Shown piece after piece: positions 62,662 through 64,000 of a DNA stretch of 64,000 nt (positions within the stretch are counted from its first letter, which is position 1; every line of letters starts with the position of its first letter). A program made the translations under genes and the position numbers. The stretch spans positions 16,182,001 to 16,246,000 of the forward strand of contig NC_043005.1 of assembly GCF_006345805.1 (NCBI RefSeq), in the 5' to 3' direction. Source of the stretch: Octopus sinensis (Eukaryota). The notes under the pieces are model-generated. The model was not told where the DNA came from. It saw only the letters and a list, made by a program, of their open reading frames with translations, and did not search any database.

Positions 62662-64000
62662 AGGAGTAACTACACCCCCTCGAAAGGTAGAAGAATAAAC
62701 ACTTGATGATTTCTGTGACCACATATCAAATTACCCATATCAACATATGCACAAACAAAAACACAAACCAAACTTCAGCAAAAAGAATGGGCTGAGGTGA
62801 ACAAATTAAAACTAGATAAAACAATAACAATCAAAGAGGCCCGATAAAGGGAGTGCTGTTGTCTTAATGGATACGACATTTTACATAACTTTGGTACTTT
62901 CTATGCTGGAAGACACAACATACTATGAAAAGGCACAAAACTACAGTCAACAAAAAATAATGAGGGAACTAAAATCCATATTAAACCCATACAAAGCAGG
63001 GCTAACCGACAAAGAATATGATTATATGACCAATTTCACAAGTAAAACTAGCCAATTCTACGGTATACCTAAGATCCACAAAGTGAAAAATAAGCAACGC
63101 ATGCAAGATAGCTACAGACAAATAATTAAAGTCCCTAATCAATGACCTCAATTGAGACCCATAATAGCAGGTCCCGCATGCGAAACCCACCGCCTCAGTA
63201 ACTTTTTAACAGACACCCTGTTAAAACCACTCCTCAAACATGTCAAAAGCTATATAGGGACGACTTAGATATGCTCAATCACCTACCGAATATACTAAAA
63301 AACAAAACACATACTGGTATCCTTCGATGTAGTCAACCTCTACTCCAATATCCCCACAACCTAGGACTAGAGGCAATCCAATTCTGGCTAGAGAATCACG
63401 CCAACGAACTACCACACCGCATCATCAAAAAAGAATTTGTGATAGAAGGGGTTAAATTCATCCTGGAAAAAACTTCTTCGCCTTCAATGACAACTTCTAC
63501 GACAAAAATCGGGGACTGCGATGGGTACCGAATGGCCCCCTCCTTTGCCAACCTAGTCATAGGATACCTAGAGATCAGTCTGTATCGTAAGGTTCTAGAA
63601 AGATATGGCAGCCCTTTCTCCATCTACATAGAAAACAACTGGAAGAGATATCTAGATGACTGTTTCATCCTTTGCATAAAAATATAGAAAAAATCATAGA
63701 ATTCCAGAAAATTTTAAACGGACTGGACGTAACATCCAATTCACGATGGAATATAGCCAACAACAACTCCCCTTCTCGATATCCTCATAAGAAAGCTAAT
63801 AATATAATAGAAACAGACATATACTATAAGCCTACAGACTCTAAGCAATATCTTCCATTCAATTCATGCCACCCCCAGACACACCAGGATGAATATCCCT
63901 TCAATCTAGCAAAAAGGATATGCACTATAGTCTCTAACGCAAACACCAGAGACACACGACTACAAGAACTAAAAGATACCCTAATCACACAGGAACTATC
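62662..64000 (+). mobile_element. Penelope-like element reverse transcriptase, frameshifted, runs off the window
   Basis: IKEA(D)KGSAVVLMD, FYGIPKIHK, LRPIIAG, LVSFDVVNLYSNIP, SGTAMGT/MAPSFANL, WKRYLDDCF, IQFTME, TDIYYKPTDS. Confidence 0.93.

Noticed and set aside
62662-64000. Intact active PLE ORF (likewise CR1 at 9305-11010)
   Set aside because: Multiple frameshifts. Some may be long-read indel errors, but this cannot be decided from the sequence alone.

Overview
AT-rich, repeat-saturated eukaryotic DNA. The SINE families and microsatellite load point to a cephalopod, probably Octopus; this is inferred from recalled repeat families, not a database search. No intact host gene is recognisable, and nearly all long ORFs in the track are microsatellite translations. 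The only host-gene-derived sequence is a decayed, intronless phosphoglycerate kinase (PGK) pseudogene (33898-34810). The rest is mobile DNA: three tRNA-headed SINE families (labelled A, B and C here) in about 30 copies; CR1, RTE, R4/Dong and L1/Tx1-like LINE remnants; two Penelope-like element (PLE) families (GIY-YIG at 13.3-13.55 kb, RT at 62.7-64 kb); mariner and maT remnants and MITEs; three non-autonomous Helitrons; a gag zinc-knuckle/LTR remnant; and a 145-bp tandem satellite. The most interesting signal is a set of hammerhead-ribozyme-like motifs in short segments, some demonstrably PLE-derived, parked in (TA)n tracts. Two have fully canonical cores (18212-18300 +, 48006-48057 -). One family has a compensatory U3-A8 core and a covarying stem II. 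A 788-bp, largely fold-back unit carries such motifs on both strands and is tandemly duplicated (31751-33262). SINE-A also appears to insert repeatedly into one internal site of its own copies, and RLE-type LINE pieces sit in (TACA)n and (TAA)n tracts.
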